A DNA stretch of 30,588 nt from Nitrospirota bacterium (GTDB lineage: Bacteria > Nitrospirota > UBA9217). Within the stretch, counting starts at the first letter, position 1. Each line of letters begins with the position of its first letter. Position numbers and translations under genes: made by a program. The notes below the pieces were generated by a model. That model was not told the DNA's origin and ran no database searches. It saw only the letters and a list, made by a program, of their open reading frames with translations. The stretch covers positions 1 to 30,588 of the forward strand of contig DAIDTZ010000048.1 in the NCBI GenBank assembly GCA_027456925.1, in the 5' to 3' direction. Below, in pieces: positions 26,932 to 30,588 of the stretch.

Positions 26932-28227
26932 ATGAGCCATAAAAAAACCATCGCTGTTCTGTTATTTTGTCTGATGATCATCCCCCGCAGCAGTCATGCA
27001 CTGACCCTGGAAGAGGGCCTGAAGATCGTCGTGCAGGACGGACGTGACGTCAAAATTGCCCAGAGCGACGAAGATGCGGCCCGAGCATCGGTATCGCTCG
27101 CACGTTCTCCGTGGCTCCCGTTCGTAGATCTCTACGGCCGCGAGACCTGGCTTCAGTACACTCCTGAGGCAAAATTCGGGTCGCAAACGGTCCCGACATC
27201 GCAGGACCAATTCCTGACCTACGGGGTAAGGGCCACACAGCTGCTCTATGACTTCGGGAAAACAGGGTCATCGATCAATGCTGCTCAGTACGGATTGAAG
27301 TCACGGGAAATCGAGACCAACCGCACGAAAAGCCAGGCAGCGCTCGACTTTATAACCAAGTACCTGGACCTGTTGGAATCCGAGAAGCTGCTCCAGGTCG
27401 CCAGGGAAGAAGTGCAGCAGTACGAGGCCCACAAAAAAGACACGGAAGCCAGGTATGGCGCGGGTGTCATTACCAAGAACGAAGTGCTCCAGGCAGACGT
27501 GACGCTTGCGGACTCCCGGCAGCGCCTTGTGACTGCCGAGAATCTCCGCTCGCTCAGGGAGTCGGAGCTCAACAGTCTGCTCCTAAGGCCGCTGAACGAA
27601 CCGGTGCAGCCTGAAGAAATTCAAAAAAGTCCTGCTGCAGGTCTTACGCTCGAAGATGCATGGGCCAGCGCCGAGGCATTGCGGCCGGCGCTCAAGGAAA
27701 TGGATGCAGAGATCGCAGCGAAAGAACAGAACGTGAAGATGGCACGGGCCGAGTATTTTCCCACATTCTACGTTTCCGGCGGCTACGAATATCAAGAAAA
27801 CCAGTACATGCTGCATCAGGATAACACATCCCTGATCGCCGGGGTGAACATCAATCTCTCTTCGGGCGGCGCAAGCAATTCAAAGATCGGCATAGCCAAG
27901 GCGGAGCTGCGGTCCCTTAAATTGTCCCGGGAAAAGCTGCTTGACAACATCCGGCTTGAAGTAAAAAGCGCCTATCTCGACCTCCAGAGCTCTGCCCAGA
28001 AGATGGAAGTAACAAAAACGGCGGTTGATCAGGCAGAGGAAAACCTGAGACTCGAGCGGCTTCGCTACAAGGAAGGCGTGGGCACTGCAACCGACGTAAT
28101 TGATGCGGTGACGCTATTGACCACGTCTGAATCTAACTCCTGGAAGTCGCTCTACGGCTATAAGCGTGCGGAGGCCGTTTTCCTCAATGCCGCAGGCAAG
28201 GATATTGTCGAATTGTACGAAAAATAG
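26932..28227 (+). CDS. TolC-family outer membrane efflux protein
   Basis: Signal peptide, TQLLYDFGK, YLDLL, G.ITKNEVLQA, EYFPTF, RYKEGVGTATDVIDA. Confidence 0.9.
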   Translation: MSHKKTIAVLLFCLMIIPRSSHALTLEEGLKIVVQDGRDVKIAQSDEDAARASVSLARSPWLPFVDLYGRETWLQYTPEAKFGSQTVPTSQDQFLTYGVRATQLLYDFGKTGSSINAAQYGLKSREIETNRTKSQAALDFITKYLDLLESEKLLQVAREEVQQYEAHKKDTEARYGAGVITKNEVLQADVTLADSRQRLVTAENLRSLRESELNSLLLRPLNEPVQPEEIQKSPAAGLTLEDAWASAEALRPALKEMDAEIAAKEQNVKMARAEYFPTFYVSGGYEYQENQYMLHQDNTSLIAGVNINLSSGGASNSKIGIAKAELRSLKLSREKLLDNIRLEVKSAYLDLQSSAQKMEVTKTAVDQAEENLRLERLRYKEGVGTATDVIDAVTLLTTSESNSWKSLYGYKRAEAVFLNAAGKDIVELYEK

Positions 28228-28238
28228 TCTAGGGGCGC

Positions 28239-28291
28239 TGAGGGCAGTGGGTTTGGGGTAACATTTTTTAACTCTTTGCTCTATGCTCTAC
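28239..28291. repeat. Degenerate intergenic inverted element of 7-nt units
   Basis: Left arm TGAGGGC AGTGGGT TTGGGGT. Right arm ACTCTTT GCTCTAT GCTCTAC. GGG/CTC pairing needs G-U wobble. Confidence 0.5.
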
Positions 28292-28314
28292 ACAATAATC
28301 GTCAAGGAGCTATC

Positions 28315-29193
28315 ATGGCAGAAGAAAAGACCGGCAACGGACAGAAAAAGAAAAAAGCCTTCATGATCGTCGGAGCGATCGTCGTCGTCGGCCTGACGCT
28401 CGGCTATTTCTATAACGGCTACCGCAAAACGCACGTTTCAACCGATGACGCTTTCATCCACGGCGATATCCATACTATCTCGGCCAGGATCAGCGGCAAT
28501 GTGAAGGCCGTTCTCGTTACAGACAATCAGCGGGTGAAGCAAGGCGACAGCCTGGTCGAGATAGATCCTGTGGATTACCGATCGAAGGTCGAGGCCGCCA
28601 AAGCGAACTTGGAGCTTCAGCGGGCCACGCTGCGGCTTGCTGAGATCGACCGAAAACGCGCAAAGGCGCTGTACGAACAGGATGCGAGCTCAGCTGAACG
28701 CTACGATAAGGCAGTCTCGACCTACGAGATCTCAGTGGCGCAGGTGAAGCTCGCCGAGGAGCAACTCCGGCAAGCGGAACTCAATCTGAGCTACACTACG
28801 GTCGTGGCGCCGGCGAACGGCTACGTTACGAAAAAGTCCGTAGAGACGGGCAACCAGGTGCAGACCGGCCAGCCCTTGATGGCGCTTGTCGACCTGGACA
28901 ACCTGTACGTCGTGGCAAACTACAAGGAAAACCAGATGGAGAACATTCGACCTGGCCAGGAGGTCACGATGACGGTCGACTCTTTCCCCGGGAAAGTGTT
29001 CAAGGGAAAAGTTGACAGCATCATGGCGGGAACCGGCGTGTCCTTCTCTCTCTTCCCTGCGGAGAACGCCACGGGCAACTACGTCAAGGTGGTCCAGCGG
29101 ATCCCGGTCAAGATCGTGTTCCAGAAAGGAGCCGACAAAGACCATCTTTTAAGGATCGGCATGTCCGTCGTACCCACGGTGCTGGCAAAATGA
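28315..29193 (+). CDS. emrA: EmrA/HlyD-family efflux adaptor (membrane fusion protein)
   Basis: ATG 28315 after AAGGAG. Motifs STDDAF, ISARISG, VVAPANGYV, ANYKE, FPAENATGNYVKVVQRIPVKI. Confidence 0.9.
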   Translation: MAEEKTGNGQKKKKAFMIVGAIVVVGLTLGYFYNGYRKTHVSTDDAFIHGDIHTISARISGNVKAVLVTDNQRVKQGDSLVEIDPVDYRSKVEAAKANLELQRATLRLAEIDRKRAKALYEQDASSAERYDKAVSTYEISVAQVKLAEEQLRQAELNLSYTTVVAPANGYVTKKSVETGNQVQTGQPLMALVDLDNLYVVANYKENQMENIRPGQEVTMTVDSFPGKVFKGKVDSIMAGTGVSFSLFPAENATGNYVKVVQRIPVKIVFQKGADKDHLLRIGMSVVPTVLAK

Positions 29194-30588
29194 CGTTGGA
29201 GCACAAAACCAAAAGCCTCGGCCTCATCGCATTCACGGTGATGCTGCCGACCCTGATCGAGATCATCGATACGTCCATTGTGAACGTGTCCCTCGATCAT
29301 ATCCGCGGGTCGCTTTCAGCAGGGTATGACGAGGCAACCTGGACCATCACCGCTTACCTCGTTTCGAACGCCATCGTCATTCCCATGGCAGGGTGGCTCG
29401 CCAAGCTCATCGGCAGAAAAAATTACCAGATCGCCTCCATCGCGTTGTTCACCTTCAGTTCCTTCATGTGCGGCTCCGCCTGGAGCCTGAACAGCCTCAT
29501 ATTTTTCCGGATACTCCAGGGCATCGGCGGCGGCGGGCTTGTGCCGATCAGCCAATCCATTCTCCTTGAATCCTTCCCAAGGGAAAAACACGGCCAGGCC
29601 ATGGCCATCTTCGGCTTAGGCGCCATGCTGGGGCCCATCGTGGGTCCGCTTTTGGGCGGTTGGATAACAGATACCCTGTCCTGGCGCTGGATCTTCTACA
29701 TTAATATCCCCATCGGCATCATCGCGATCATCATGAACGTCATCGTAATCCAGGACCCGCCGTACATGCAGCGCCAGAAGATGAAGATCGACTACTGGGG
29801 CCTGCTGTTCCTGTCCGTGGGCTTGGGAGCGCTCCAGTTCATGCTCGACAAGGGCGAGAGCGATGACTGGTTCTCGTCCAACTTGATCGTGACCTTCGGC
29901 ATTATCGCGGCAGTATCCCTCACGCTCCTGGTAATCAATGAGTATTATTCAGAGACCCCCATCGTCAACCTGAAGCTGTTCAAGGACCGAACGTTCACGA
30001 GCGGCTCCACGGTGATGTTCTTCGTGTTTCTGAACCTCTTCGGCAGCATCGTGCTGCTGCCGATCTATTTGCAGATGATCATGGGCTACACGTCGTTTTA
30101 CGCCGGTCTCGTGCTCGGCCCCGGAGGTGTTGCCACGATCTTTGCCATGCCGATCGTAGGGAAGTTCATCGGCAAGGTGAACCCCAAGCGGTTTCTCATC
30201 TTCGGCCTGTCGGTCTGCGCCTTAAGCACGTATATGATGTCCAAGTTCAACCTGACCACGGACTTCTGGTCCTTTGTCTGGCCGCGGGTGGCGCTGGGAT
30301 TCGGCATGGGCATGACATTCATCCCCCTCACCACGCTGACGCTCTCGCATATCCCGAAAGAACGGATGACGGAAGCGACTTCGGTGTACAACCTGCTGCG
30401 GAACCTGGGCGGAAGCGTGGGCATTGCCATGACAACAACGATCCTCTCGCGCAGGGCGCAATTCCACCAGAGCCGTTTGGCGGAACATTTGTCGCCTTTC
30501 AATCCGGCGTACCAGATCGCTCATGAAAAGATGGCCGGGGTCTTAAGCATGAAGGGGTTACCGCCTGCGGGCGCAGACAGCATGATCT
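29190..30588 (+). CDS. emrB: DHA2-family MFS efflux permease (EmrB/QacA), 3'-truncated; missing from the ORF track
   Basis: ATGA overlap with emrA. Reads MTLEHKTKSLGLIAFTVMLPTLIEIIDTSIVNVSL...WTITAYLVSNAIVIPMAGWL...RILQGIGGGGL...GPIVGPLLGGWITD..SWRWIFYINIPIG and is open to the window end. Confidence 0.93.
   Translation, partial: MTLEHKTKSLGLIAFTVMLPTLIEIIDTSIVNVSLDHIRGSLSAGYDEATWTITAYLVSNAIVIPMAGWLAKLIGRKNYQIASIALFTFSSFMCGSAWSLNSLIFFRILQGIGGGGLVPISQSILLESFPREKHGQAMAIFGLGAMLGPIVGPLLGGWITDTLSWRWIFYINIPIGIIAIIMNVIVIQDPPYMQRQKMKIDYWGLLFLSVGLGALQFMLDKGESDDWFSSNLIVTFGIIAAVSLTLLVINEYYSETPIVNLKLFKDRTFTSGSTVMFFVFLNLFGSIVLLPIYLQMIMGYTSFYAGLVLGPGGVATIFAMPIVGKFIGKVNPKRFLIFGLSVCALSTYMMSKFNLTTDFWSFVWPRVALGFGMGMTFIPLTTLTLSHIPKERMTEATSVYNLLRNLGGSVGIAMTTTILSRRAQFHQSRLAEHLSPFNPAYQIAHEKMAGVLSMKGLPPAGADSMI

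Overview
A GC-rich bacterial chromosomal window. The gene content and style suggest an anaerobic Nitrospirota/Desulfobacterota-like organism, which is an inference. In order it holds: the end of a LOG-family gene; a Tat-exported molybdenum-enzyme cluster (2Fe-2S subunit, Mo-binding subunit, XdhC, MocA, DUF1499); DUF1015-gap-pgk-tpiA-secG; a peptide-binding lipoprotein; an ABC-2 exporter; an ArsM-like methyltransferase; a Lon-like protease divergent from a MalT/STAND-TPR-BTAD regulator; mltA; DUF1848; a 62-aa membrane protein; a PAS-PAS-GGDEF protein; and a TolC-EmrA-EmrB efflux operon that runs off the end. Two things stand out. (1) The methyltransferase is really one 280-codon ORF (14749-15591) with two in-frame UGA codons. 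Each UGA is followed after exactly 11 nt by a SECIS-like hairpin, so it is a probable double selenoprotein, and the ORF track truncates it at both ends. (2) Many gene junctions carry palindromic elements built from short tandem units of 7, 8, 9 or 10 nt. Three of the 10-mer type look like ~165-176 bp MITEs with CCTA..TAGG-like ends, 5-bp flanking duplications and unrelated cores, and one is nested inside another.
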